A stretch of DNA of 64,000 nt from Planctomycetota bacterium (lineage in GTDB: Bacteria > Planctomycetota > UBA11346): assembly GCA_013816485.1 (NCBI GenBank), contig JACDEI010000003.1, positions 77,988 through 141,987 on the forward strand. Direction: 5' to 3'. Each line of letters begins with the position of its first letter. Position 1 is the stretch's first letter. The notes beneath the pieces were generated by a model, which was given only the letters and a program-made list of their open reading frames with translations, ran no database searches and had not been told where the DNA came from. Shown piece after piece: positions 55,201 through 64,000 of the stretch. The position numbers were made by a program, and so were the translations under genes.

Positions 55201-58200
55201 TCACCTGGAGCGTCTCTGGTGGCGGAACCATCGCGGCGAACGGCGTGTTCACCTCCGGCACCACTGCCGGAGGTCCGTTCACCGTCCTGGCCTCGCTGCC
55301 GACTGCGCAGGGCAATGCGTCGATCACCGTGATCGATCAGGCTCCGATTCTGACCCAAGGCCCCACCGCCACGGTCGACGCCTCGGCCACTGGGTTGATC
55401 CTGTCGGCCGTGGCAGCCGATGACGGCGGCGAAGCCGCACTCACGTACCAGTGGTCGGTCGAAGGCACGGCCCCAGGCACGGTCCAGTTCGCCGCCAACG
55501 GCAGCAACGCCGCCAAGTCCACAACCGCCACGCTGAGCGCTGTCGGCACCTACGTCCTGCGCCTGACCGCCACCGATGCTGCCAACCAGGCCGTGAGTGC
55601 GACCACCAGCATCACCGTGGCGCAGCGGCTCACCACGTTGGCCATCGCTCCCGACACGGTGTCCCTGACGACCGGAGCCGAGTTCGACGTCACCCTGACC
55701 AGCAGGGATCAGTTCGGTGCGCTGATGACCGGCATTCCCAGCCCCATGTGGTCGATCATCGGTGGTGGCACCATCACCCCGACCGTGACCGGAGCGCATC
55801 TGGTGGCGGGCAGCGAGGTGGGCGGGCCGTTCACCCTCACGGCGGTGAGTGGAGCGATCCAGGCCACTGCCGCGGTGACCATCGTGCCGACGACGGGACA
55901 GGCGCAGACCATCACCTTTGCTCCGCTGCCGGCCAAGACCTATGGCGATGCAGCCTTCACGCTCACCGCATCCGCCACATCAGGACTCCTGGTGTCGTTC
56001 AGCAGCTCCGACACCTCAGTCGCCACGGTCAGCGGCACCACGGTGACCATCGTCGGCGCTGGCACGACCAACATCACTGCCGCACAGGATGGTAATGCGA
56101 CTTGGGAACCGGCCGCGCCGGTGGTTCAGCCCCTCGCCGTGGCCAAGGCACCGCAGATCATCACCTTCGCCGCGCTCACTGCGCGCACCATCGGGGATGC
56201 GCCATTTGCGTTGACCGCGACCGCGTCATCCGGCCTGCCGGTGTCGTACACCAGTTCCCATCCCGACGTGGCCACCGTCACGGGTGATCAGGTCACGATC
56301 GTCGCAGCAGGCACCACCACCATCACGGCGATCCAGACCGGTGGAGCGAATCACCTGCCGGCCGAGTCGGTGCCGCAGGTGCTGACGGTCTCCAAGGCAC
56401 CCCAGACCATCACCTTCGCTGCGTTGTCAGCGAAGACCTACGGCGACGCCCCGTTCCCAGTCACAGCAACCGCGTCATCGGGACTGCCAGTGGAGCTCGC
56501 CAGTTCGGATACTGCGGTGGCGACCATTCTTGACGGAACGGTCACCATCCATGCCGCCGGCACGACGATCATCACCGCGACCCAACCCGGCGATGCCACG
56601 TGGGATGCCGCCGCCTCAGTGCCGCAGACCCTGACCGTCAATAAAGCAGCGCAGACCATCACGTTCGCTGCGCTCTCTTCCCGCAACCTTGGTGATCTGC
56701 CCTTCACCATCACCGCCACGGCATCGTCCGGCTTGCCGGTGACGTTCACCAGCTCCGTCCCGTCGGTCGCTACCGTGAGCGGCGACATGGTGACCATCGT
56801 TGCTGCGGGCACGACCGCCATCACGGCGGAACAGGCCGGTAATGGAAACTATTTGGCGGCAGCGTCAGTGGCACAGCCGTTGATGATTGCTGCGCCGGCC
56901 AAGCAGACGCAAACCATCACCTTCGCTCCGCTGCCGGCCAAGACCTATGGCGATGCGCCGTTCGCGCTCACGGCCACGGCGTCGTCCAGTCTGCCGGTCA
57001 GCTACACCAGTTCAGATCCTGCGATCGCCTCCATCACCGGAGCGACCGTGACCATCTTGAAGGGTGGAACGGTGACCATCACGGCGGCCCAGGCAGGCGA
57101 TGCGCAGTGGGATCCGGCCGTGTCGGTCCCCCAGGAACTGACCATCAACAAGGCCGCGCAGACCATCACCTTTGCGGCCTTGTCCATGAAATCGGTCGGC
57201 GAGCAGGTCGCTTTGTCAGCCTCGACCACGTCTGGCCTGTCAGTGACGTATGCGAATTCCAACGCCGCGGTTGCCACGATCAGCAGCAGCGGCTCGACGC
57301 TGTATCTCATCGGCGTGGGCACCACTCTCGTCACCGCTAGCCAAGCAGGGGATGACAGGTACTTGCCGGCTCAGGCGGTCATCCGGGAGCAGGTGGTCGA
57401 ACCAGCCAAGCAGGAACAGTACATCTCGTTCTATTTGAATCCCTACAACCTGAAAGCCGGCGATCCGCCGTATGAGCTGAGTGCCTACGCCTACATCTAT
57501 GTCACCGTGTATGTCGATGACGCATATAACTCGTACTCATATCAGATTGAAGAACAGATCAACCTGCCGATCACCTTCACCAGTTCCGATCCGACGATCG
57601 CCAGCATCAGCGGGAATATGCTCACGCCCCACACGATGGGGATTGTCACCATCACGGCATCACAACCAGGCGATTCGACGTACAGGGCGGCCCAACCAGT
57701 TTCGCAGCAAATCAGGATCAAGAGCAAGGGAACGACCCCGCAGACCATCACCTTCCCGGCGTTCCCGCCAGTGATGTATGGCCAGGACGTGTTCCTTCCC
57801 TTGACCGCTACGGCGAGCTCGGGACTCCCCGTTACCTACATCAACAACTCGCCATGGGCGATGACGATCGAAGGCAATTCGCTCCGCATCTTGAATGCAG
57901 GGTACGTGTCCCTGAGAGCCATCCAGTTGGGTGATGACCAATACCAGGAGGCGAATGATGTGACTCAGTATTTCCAGATCGCCCAGGCACCGCAGGCCAT
58001 CACCTTCCCCACGCTGCCGAACAAGCCAGCGAACGCTCAACCATTCCCCTTGACGGCCACATCGTCCGCCGGGCTCGTCGTCAGCTATGTCAGCTCCGAC
58101 CCGACGGTTGCCAGTGTCAGTGGCAACATCGTCACTGTGCTGAAGAGCGGGACGACCACCATCACTGCACGGCAGTTCGGCAATGGGAACTACCTCGCTG

Positions 58201-61200
58201 CAACACCGGTCGCGCAGACTTTGACAGTCGAACGCCTGGAGCAGACCATCGATTTCACGACGGTCCCAGCGCTGACGCTCGGATCAGCCCCCGTTACGCT
58301 CCAGGCGACGACGGATTCCGGGCTGCCCATCACCATCACCTCCTCTGATCCATCGGTGGCGGTGGTGCGCGGCACGACACTGTACCTCATCCGTGCTGGG
58401 AGCGCAGTGCTCACCGCCGCGCAGGCAGGTGACGACATCCATGCACCGGCGCAGGCCACGCAATCGATCACCATCCAAGCGCCGACGGCGCCGGAACCGG
58501 GAACCCCGGTCGATTGGCAGGCAGACCTGGCGATCGATCTCGACTTCTCTCCCAGTCAAACCGGCTCAGATCCGGAGGTCCTGGAGGACGTCAAATACCA
58601 CTACAGCAAGGACGACACCATCCAGGTCTTCATCGCCGGACGTTCCGCTTCCGGAGCTTACATCGACCGGATTGTCGTCACCCTCGGCGATCAGCAGGAC
58701 GAGATCACCGGTCCGTCGGGAATGGCGGAGTTCCCCGGCCTCGCCGAAGGCGAACACGACCTGAGCGTGCACATCAGCGCCCATCATGGTGAGGATGCTG
58801 GGTCGAAATCCTTCGAGCGCTTTGGTCAGGCGGACGAGCCGAACCGGATGTCGGTCGATCGGACGAAACCCGTATTGACCCTGTTGCTGCCCAAGCGTTT
58901 CTGGCTCGATGCCGGGGATCGTGAACCCGGGGTCAGCGAATTCCCGTTGGTGCGCAACGATCCACCGCGTTTCTGGGTGAACAAAGAAGTGGAAAGCTGG
59001 AACAAATCGCTGCGTACCAAATACAGCCGTGAGACCTTTGGTCAGACCGATCTCGGGAATGGTGTGATCGCTGCAGTCGCTGATGTCACCGGCGTTGACA
59101 AACGCATCGCCGCCCAGGTCGCCACGGGCCGGACCATCGCGGGGAATGGAACCTCCCGCCCATTGACGCTGAGTGTCCTCGACAAGGACAGCACCGATGC
59201 GGATCGACCGGATCCCGAAGAAGCATCCACCGAGCAACGTCTGCTCATCAAAGGCATGGCCGTGCTTCCAGATAACAACTACCGCATGCGTCTGTCGGTG
59301 AAGGACAAGGCCGGTAATGAAGTCGATGATGTCGAGTTCATCATGATCACCGTCGACACGAGATCACCCGGCCTGCATGATGTGACGTCATTTACGTCGC
59401 CATTCCGGATTTTCGACGGAGCTGACGAGGATTGCCAACTGGCGTGGCAGGGAACGGAGGCAACAGACCAGACGTTGATGCGTTCTCGGTGGTCGCAACC
59501 AATCGGGACGGGCAGGTCACTGGGAGGCTGGCGTCTGAATCAGCCCATCCCCACGGCTGCCCCATCACTCTTCAAAGTGGGGTATCCGTATGCATGGGCC
59601 TCGGCGACTGGCAACTTCATTATCGCTGATGTCGCGGGAAACCGCACCTCAGGTCAGGTGACTTTTAATGCAATGACTTCGGGAGCGAATTTTGCCAGTT
59701 ATGTTACTCCTATGCCCTCGGGCTCCTTTGATCGCGCTCGCGCCCAGGGGGACACGTTCGTCGATTACCGTCCCGAACAAGAAGACCCGATCGATCAGCA
59801 AGCATTTCCATGGTCGGACGACGACGACGATGGGCCTCGCGCTTATACCTTTCCGACGCAATCCGGTATCTGGGCTTTGCTCGGCCGTATAGAAGACACG
59901 GGCCCAATAGAAGAGGGAGAAGAACGGACCTACTCTTGGGATTGGAGTTTCCGGCGATTTGCCAGCGCCAAGGCTTTCCGGGAGGAGATTCTGGAAGTGA
60001 CAGATCCTGATAGCGATGACTATCCAAATCCCCTCGATCGTCTGGGCGCCACCAGCGTCACGCCCTTGGATCCGCAAGTCAGTCCAGGCAATGCCGACGA
60101 CTTGTACATGCGCCCGGCAATCATCACCATTGCTCCGTCCTGGAAGCCCAAGGCCAGTCTCGGGGACAGTGATCGCGTGCGTATCGCGGTGACCGAAAAG
60201 CCGGATGGCTACCCATTCAGCACGGGTCTGATCACGGTCGGTGCGACCAATGATCCCGCTGATGCGCCGGCGGCGGAGTCCTACTCCAACGGTTTATCCC
60301 GCATGTTCCTGCCGGCGCGAGAAAACGTGACGTCAGGCTTCTCCAATGTCGGGTATGCCTATCTCGCGAGTGGTGAGGGATCGGGTTCGTCCGGTGGTGC
60401 GGCACCTGCCCCGTTGTTTTATGATCAGGAGCCGGTGACTATCAGTCCGTATTCACTCTTGGGGGGAGCGCTCCATGGTGATGTGGATTATGGCAATCTC
60501 ACCGCCTATTGGCTCAACGCTATCCGCCTGTCACCCGACGTGGTGGCGACTGGCGGCGTACGCACCATTCGTATCTCGGCGGGATTCTTCACCGATCAGT
60601 TGCGCGCGGATCTGTTCTCGAAGACCGGCGACTACGTGCACTTCCGTACGCAGGATGACCAGGATCTGACGATCCCGGTGTCGGAGTACGCGGGCAAGAC
60701 TGCGGACGAACTCAAGGACAAGATCGCCATCGTATCGCAGCGAATGGTTTATCCGGATGGGAATGTGTGGCAGCGGCAGCAGTTGGAGTTGCAGGTGGCG
60801 CTCGGCCCCGAGGTGCCGGCGGCGCTCTACCATGTCGACGTCAAACTGGGTGCGGTGAAGGCTTACTCGGACACGTTGAGCCAGACGCACGCTGGGGCCA
60901 ATGGATCACATCGTATGAAGGAGGCGTTGGCGGTGGTTGGGCTCGACCTCATGTACGGCAAGGTCGACGCGGAGACTGGTCGCGGCATGGTTGGCGGGGC
61001 GGATGATGTGCTGATCAATAGCCGGGAGGACGAGCAGCCTTTGCCGAAGAGTAATCCGCGACCGATGGTGAAAATCACTTCTGTTGCGGTATCTGGTATC
61101 ACTGCCACGACCGCTAGCGCGATATCTGGCGACGTCAGGATCGAGGGTGAAGTTTCGTTCGCACTGGCTGATATCATTGCCGATGGATCTGCGGATCCGA

Positions 61201-64000
61201 CGAGCGTGGTTATCGAAATACCAGGATGCGACCCACGAAGCATCAGCCTGCAAAAACACGTGGAGACCGCGAGTCTCCTGCGGCCCTACGCCAAGACCTT
61301 CAGCTTCTCTACGGACATTCCTTACGTGGGACTCATGCCGTTCGGATTCAATGGAATACGCGTTTCCTGCAAGGATCCAGTCCTTGGGAATCGCACCTAT
61401 GCGACGGCCAACATCCAGATCACATCCTCGCATGGTGAGACCTCACTGTCGGGCCAGGGCGCTATCTTGAGCATGCCCATGCTGGTCCTGGCGACGTTCC
61501 CACCAGGAAAAGACATCGACCAGATCATTGTCGGCGGCGAACACATCACCGTCATGATCAAGGATCCCTTCGCCACCTCCGAAACGCCCCGATCTTACAT
61601 GTGCCGAGTCGACCGGTTGACGGATGGTCGAATTGCGATCTACGACCCCCTTTACGAGTGCAATCTGTTCGCCCCGGTGGAGTTCAATCCCACACAGCAG
61701 GGCAGCGCTGTGATGCAGGGTTTCTTCCCGAAGAGCCGGCCCTATTCCATTCCACTGACGGTGGCGAGAGATGGAGGGACATCCTCCTGGATGAATGAGC
61801 TGATTTGGAGCGACATCGCCCTCGCTGAAGGTTACCAGCACGGACAGGCGTCTGGTCTACAAGCGAAGATCTCCAGGGAGACCATGGCAGGAATCACGGT
61901 CATCTGTCAAGGCGATGTAACGAGCGCAGCAAGCGATCCAGATCGTTTCGCCTATCCTGGCATTGGCGCGATTCTGATTGAGAGCATCAGGCCGCCTACC
62001 GCATCGGTGCGTGGTTCGATGACCGTTAAATTGGAGTTGAGCTCCGTCCTTGAGGGCGATCGAACCCAGGGATTGGTTTTGGTTAGTGCATCGCGCTTCT
62101 CGAATCAGCTGTCCGACATGGCCGCTAGTACGGTCAAGGTGCCGCTGGGTTCGGTATCAGGCCCGTGGAACGCCTCGGTTATAATTCACCCCGTCGGAGA
62201 TCCGGGACCATACACGCCCATTATGATGAGGGTCAGACCTCCATCTCCGGAATTTATGCACGAATGGATCTCCACCCAAGGTCTCCGGTGCGAAATCATG
62301 GGATACGAGCATGACATCATTGAGCGCGATGGGGTCTTTTGGTGTGCAGGTAGCCCGGATCCAGGCGTCTATACTTTTGCCGTTCCGGAAGACGGGGATG
62401 AATTTGGTGCCGGTCATGTGACCAATGGGAAATTCGTGTTTGGTCGACTCAAAAGCACCAATGGAAATGACCACGCCTTGGCTGACTTGAAGACGAATCG
62501 GAAGGACACGGTGGAGACATCCGAGAAGCTCAGGGATCTGTTGATAAAATTGGGCCGGAAGTTGCGGGATAAACGCCTCTCGGCGGGCGATCCGTCAGGG
62601 ACATACTTCGCTGCTGACTTCGGAAATTCGATGTACGCCACCCGATACCAGAACGACGCACTATTCACCGCAGGACGGCCAGCGGATCCGGCCCTGCGTA
62701 TGGCAAATTTGATCTCCATGTTCAATCAATTTGTCATGAGGCAGGAGGTGGCGCAGCGTGGCCCTGGATTCGTAAGCAACGACAATGACGTACGTGAGCT
62801 GGCCAAGAGGATCCGCAGCTGGATGAATCTCGCGACCGACGCGAACCCGATCGCCAACGGCCCGGACCTGCTTTACCGGGCGGCGGTACAGGGCCGCGTT
62901 GTCAAGTCTCGCGATGCCACGGGAAAGGTGACGTACGGACCGACTGGATCCGGAGAGGTGCTCTTCCATCCGACATCACCTGAGACGGTTCCCATCTTTT
63001 CAACCGGATCAAAATTCCTTCTAGGGGCATGGAGACCTGCCGAGGTTGGAAACTCCGAAACCGATTTCATTTCGAACAGTCAGAACGAGACGCAGATCCT
63101 TCATTTCAATACCGGGCTAGGTTGGTCGATGATCCAGGAAAAAGCAATCGCGGCCATCATTGCCCTCGACAAATACAACAAGGGGGAGGTGGGGGCAGAC
63201 GAGGCGGTGGAGACGATCATCGATGCGTATGGGGAAAACATGGACGCGGACACCCTTGCTAGACTCAGGTCATACCCTGCTTCCCTTGCGATCTCGGCCA
63301 TCACCTCGGGACTGGCCGGCGAGGTGGTTCGGCATCGCTTCGAGGAAATGCTGATGATCGGTAAGCTGGCGATGTCTTATAAGCAGAATGCGGCGGCGAC
63401 TCCAAGCCTGATGGACCTGTTTATCGCCTACGACATCGCCAGTGGCGAAGGCTTCCATCTCTTCGGCATTGATGCGTTCAATGATATCATCGCAACCCAT
63501 GCGGGCGCGCTTTTTGGGGCGGATGCCAATTTCCTCTCCCCGAACTTCATCTTCGCAGGCGATCAGAAGCTCAAGCAGAACATTGAAGGGCACTTCAAGG
63601 CGGCGAGGTCGGAGTACCTCGCACACCAGGTTATGCAGAACCGCGCTTCAATTATGAACGCGTTCTTTTCCTTGATGATGTCAACGGAGACAACCTTGTC
63701 CGGACTGCCAAAGTCCCGGAAGCGGAATTGGGAATTCGTTCCAGTCAAGATCGAGCTCGACGTGCAAAAGAGGGACGCGAACGGCCAACGCATGTTCGAA
63801 ATGAACTCGGATGGTACTCCAAAAAAGAACGACAGCGGACATCTGATTCCCGTTATTGAGAAAAAGGCTTTCAAGCTCTGGGGAGAAACCATCGGAACCA
63901 TCGTGCAGAGGCAGATCGATGGTCAGATCATCACCAAATCCTCGAACTCCCGGGAGATAGATCCTGGTAAAGAGAGGGAATTCCTGGCGAAGGTGGAAGC
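52272..64000 (+). CDS. Giant secreted repeat protein, 3' end beyond the window (at least 3,909 aa): signal peptide, 4x PA14, 2x Calx-beta, PKD/Ig-like modules, about 10 tandem Ig-like modules, large unassigned C-terminal region
   Basis: The frame with codon starts divisible by 3 is open from ATG 52272 (AGGAG at 52261-52265) to nt 64000. It is absent from the ORF track because it has no stop. The frame was hand-checked at several points, including the low-GC parts. The PA14 pattern GTGL.ARYYANETLSG...FSARWDGEIEAR...ARTDDGVR.W....VID.W...AGRKYRIRMEY.EH.G.AVA.LWWQS occurs 4 times. Confidence 0.85.
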   Translation, partial: MSLVLRQLRSVLLVLAVGVGLFAGEGTGTGLSARYYANETLSGSPAVSRIDAQVNFAWSGGAPASALPVDSFSARWDGEVEARFTQNLTFIARTDDGVRLWIDNQLVIDAWYLRGAADSSYTFAAEAGRKYRVRMEYYEHFGSAVAQLLWQSTSIPRAAIPSAYLYPTPAIELPSGSGTGLLARYYANETLSGIPVHVRTDARVDFGWGGGSPDGSVPVESFSARWDGEIEARVSEPLTLIARTDDGVRVWLNGQVVIDSWILRSAADSTYTFTAEAGRKYRIRMEYYEHTGAAVARLWWQSANEPKGPIPTSQLYPTDPSDPPNGTGTGLLASYFANETLSGTPVLNRTEARVDHAWGSGSPGTGVPVDVFSARWLGEIEPRTSEPLTLIARTDDGVRLWIDGQLVIDQWILRGAADSTYTFSAEAGRKYRIQLEYFEHLGSAVAKLWWQSASEPRAPIPTSQLYPTPPPFPPAGTGTGLTGTYFANETLTGEPALTRLDPRVDFSWGSGSPGSPLPVDVFSVRWQGEIEPRVSEPLTLIARTDDGVRVWIDDVQVINAWILRGAADSTHTFTAQAGHKYRIRMEYFEHLGSAVAKLWWQSANEPKGPIPTSQLYPITSTPTTPSIAFANAGTTVGETVGSSTVTVNLSQPAAIAVTVAIQSTGSGATAPATITIPAGDTTASVPVTISDDPRFGPDRQATLSLVSPVGADLGPITSHVLTIQNTDPAPTIAFTALTSFNLEQSGTASVPVRLSAVSAQTTTVTVSLSGSASPGIDYQAPSATLQIPADTFEGTIFIPLFADSVPEQDETIILTLSAPVGATLGSPSVHTITLSDGNQSPVIANGPTPAVNPVTGTAVSLSFSATDDGGADNLTFTWSTVGTVPAPVSFAPATGSVGTSSTTTATFTAPGTYPIQIQVRDAYEVTAIAQAIITVQSTPALITVVPAMATIALNGTQAFTAAGTNQFGTALPQPLSVTWSVSGGGTIAANGVFTSGTTAGGPFTVLASLPTAQGNASITVIDQAPILTQGPTATVDASATGLILSAVAADDGGEAALTYQWSVEGTAPGTVQFAANGSNAAKSTTATLSAVGTYVLRLTATDAANQAVSATTSITVAQRLTTLAIAPDTVSLTTGAEFDVTLTSRDQFGALMTGIPSPMWSIIGGGTITPTVTGAHLVAGSEVGGPFTLTAVSGAIQATAAVTIVPTTGQAQTITFAPLPAKTYGDAAFTLTASATSGLLVSFSSSDTSVATVSGTTVTIVGAGTTNITAAQDGNATWEPAAPVVQPLAVAKAPQIITFAALTARTIGDAPFALTATASSGLPVSYTSSHPDVATVTGDQVTIVAAGTTTITAIQTGGANHLPAESVPQVLTVSKAPQTITFAALSAKTYGDAPFPVTATASSGLPVELASSDTAVATILDGTVTIHAAGTTIITATQPGDATWDAAASVPQTLTVNKAAQTITFAALSSRNLGDLPFTITATASSGLPVTFTSSVPSVATVSGDMVTIVAAGTTAITAEQAGNGNYLAAASVAQPLMIAAPAKQTQTITFAPLPAKTYGDAPFALTATASSSLPVSYTSSDPAIASITGATVTILKGGTVTITAAQAGDAQWDPAVSVPQELTINKAAQTITFAALSMKSVGEQVALSASTTSGLSVTYANSNAAVATISSSGSTLYLIGVGTTLVTASQAGDDRYLPAQAVIREQVVEPAKQEQYISFYLNPYNLKAGDPPYELSAYAYIYVTVYVDDAYNSYSYQIEEQINLPITFTSSDPTIASISGNMLTPHTMGIVTITASQPGDSTYRAAQPVSQQIRIKSKGTTPQTITFPAFPPVMYGQDVFLPLTATASSGLPVTYINNSPWAMTIEGNSLRILNAGYVSLRAIQLGDDQYQEANDVTQYFQIAQAPQAITFPTLPNKPANAQPFPLTATSSAGLVVSYVSSDPTVASVSGNIVTVLKSGTTTITARQFGNGNYLAATPVAQTLTVERLEQTIDFTTVPALTLGSAPVTLQATTDSGLPITITSSDPSVAVVRGTTLYLIRAGSAVLTAAQAGDDIHAPAQATQSITIQAPTAPEPGTPVDWQADLAIDLDFSPSQTGSDPEVLEDVKYHYSKDDTIQVFIAGRSASGAYIDRIVVTLGDQQDEITGPSGMAEFPGLAEGEHDLSVHISAHHGEDAGSKSFERFGQADEPNRMSVDRTKPVLTLLLPKRFWLDAGDREPGVSEFPLVRNDPPRFWVNKEVESWNKSLRTKYSRETFGQTDLGNGVIAAVADVTGVDKRIAAQVATGRTIAGNGTSRPLTLSVLDKDSTDADRPDPEEASTEQRLLIKGMAVLPDNNYRMRLSVKDKAGNEVDDVEFIMITVDTRSPGLHDVTSFTSPFRIFDGADEDCQLAWQGTEATDQTLMRSRWSQPIGTGRSLGGWRLNQPIPTAAPSLFKVGYPYAWASATGNFIIADVAGNRTSGQVTFNAMTSGANFASYVTPMPSGSFDRARAQGDTFVDYRPEQEDPIDQQAFPWSDDDDDGPRAYTFPTQSGIWALLGRIEDTGPIEEGEERTYSWDWSFRRFASAKAFREEILEVTDPDSDDYPNPLDRLGATSVTPLDPQVSPGNADDLYMRPAIITIAPSWKPKASLGDSDRVRIAVTEKPDGYPFSTGLITVGATNDPADAPAAESYSNGLSRMFLPARENVTSGFSNVGYAYLASGEGSGSSGGAAPAPLFYDQEPVTISPYSLLGGALHGDVDYGNLTAYWLNAIRLSPDVVATGGVRTIRISAGFFTDQLRADLFSKTGDYVHFRTQDDQDLTIPVSEYAGKTADELKDKIAIVSQRMVYPDGNVWQRQQLELQVALGPEVPAALYHVDVKLGAVKAYSDTLSQTHAGANGSHRMKEALAVVGLDLMYGKVDAETGRGMVGGADDVLINSREDEQPLPKSNPRPMVKITSVAVSGITATTASAISGDVRIEGEVSFALADIIADGSADPTSVVIEIPGCDPRSISLQKHVETASLLRPYAKTFSFSTDIPYVGLMPFGFNGIRVSCKDPVLGNRTYATANIQITSSHGETSLSGQGAILSMPMLVLATFPPGKDIDQIIVGGEHITVMIKDPFATSETPRSYMCRVDRLTDGRIAIYDPLYECNLFAPVEFNPTQQGSAVMQGFFPKSRPYSIPLTVARDGGTSSWMNELIWSDIALAEGYQHGQASGLQAKISRETMAGITVICQGDVTSAASDPDRFAYPGIGAILIESIRPPTASVRGSMTVKLELSSVLEGDRTQGLVLVSASRFSNQLSDMAASTVKVPLGSVSGPWNASVIIHPVGDPGPYTPIMMRVRPPSPEFMHEWISTQGLRCEIMGYEHDIIERDGVFWCAGSPDPGVYTFAVPEDGDEFGAGHVTNGKFVFGRLKSTNGNDHALADLKTNRKDTVETSEKLRDLLIKLGRKLRDKRLSAGDPSGTYFAADFGNSMYATRYQNDALFTAGRPADPALRMANLISMFNQFVMRQEVAQRGPGFVSNDNDVRELAKRIRSWMNLATDANPIANGPDLLYRAAVQGRVVKSRDATGKVTYGPTGSGEVLFHPTSPETVPIFSTGSKFLLGAWRPAEVGNSETDFISNSQNETQILHFNTGLGWSMIQEKAIAAIIALDKYNKGEVGADEAVETIIDAYGENMDADTLARLRSYPASLAISAITSGLAGEVVRHRFEEMLMIGKLAMSYKQNAAATPSLMDLFIAYDIASGEGFHLFGIDAFNDIIATHAGALFGADANFLSPNFIFAGDQKLKQNIEGHFKAARSEYLAHQVMQNRASIMNAFFSLMMSTETTLSGLPKSRKRNWEFVPVKIELDVQKRDANGQRMFEMNSDGTPKKNDSGHLIPVIEKKAFKLWGETIGTIVQRQIDGQIITKSSNSREIDPGKEREFLAKVE
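52346..54120 (+). repeat. Four tandem PA14-domain coding repeats (about 450-nt period)
   Basis: Units start near 52346, 52803, 53248 and 53698. Some stretches are nearly identical, for example tacttcgagcacctcggctcggccgt.gc.aa..tgtggtggcagagtgcc in units 3 and 4. Confidence 0.85.
55897..58480 (+). repeat. About 10 tandem Ig-like coding repeats (about 250-nt period)
   Basis: The marker cagaccatcacctt(c/t)gc (QTITFA) recurs near 55909, 56155, 56403, 56652, 56905, 57160, 57738, 57993 and 58245. The unit consensus is QTITFA.L..KTYGDAPF.LTATASSGLPV.Y.SS...VATVSG..VTI..AGT..ITA.Q.G. The unit near 57410-57600 is degenerate and Tyr-rich. Confidence 0.8.

Overview
High-GC segment (about mid-60s % GC, judged by eye on sampled lines). 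The gene content points to the PVC superphylum (Verrucomicrobiota/Planctomycetota); I cannot name a species. The main evidence is an FG-GAP propeller gene next to a 1,435-aa 'membrane-bound dehydrogenase + CxxCH heme-binding' protein of the Pirellula/Verrucomicrobium type, plus three Hanks-type Ser/Thr kinases and a giant secreted repeat protein.

Content, left to right:
- 3' part of an APC permease, then a 1.2-kb ORF-poor stretch.
- An eRF1/Pelota-like (baeRF-type) gene followed by hpf.
- A partly decayed copper locus: multicopper oxidase copA, copB, a low-GC islet with a DUF4142 gene, a 45-aa Gly/Trp/Met-rich peptide, and a Cu P-type ATPase broken by an internal out-of-frame deletion.
- FG-GAP protein, SGNH-like/dehydrogenase/HEAT/cytochrome-c megaprotein, esterase.
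- A membrane-anchored hypothetical gene coupled to a U32 peptidase.
- A PilM/N-like gene, then dnaA, then a small membrane protein, all on one strand.
- MBL-fold hydrolase, HTH protein, comF, ABC ATPase, WxxGxW repeat protein, TonB-dependent receptor.
- Two zinc-ribbon Ser/Thr kinases, one fused to TPR and LRR and translationally coupled to a 401-aa unknown protein.
- cstA-ybdD, a beta-barrel-like protein, aldo/keto reductase, tRNA-Leu(UAA), a secreted hypothetical protein, tRNA-Ala(GGC), dtd, a third kinase, IMPase/HisN-like protein, methyltransferase, clpB.

Three things stand out:
1. An open reading frame of at least 3,909 codons (52272 to the window end) is absent from the supplied ORF track because it has no stop in the window. 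It encodes 4 PA14, 2 Calx-beta and about 14 Ig-like modules, then more than 1,800 aa of lower-GC sequence I cannot assign.
2. A family of intergenic palindromes has arms built from locus-specific short tandem repeats. Two copies are bounded by a conserved 22-bp inverted terminus, and one copy sits in frame inside the U32 peptidase gene.
3. The eRF1-like/hpf pair.

The ORF track writes 'M' for GTG/TTG starts. Many of its long ORFs are antisense shadows, as expected for high-GC DNA. All functional calls rest on motif recognition by eye, and no database search was run.
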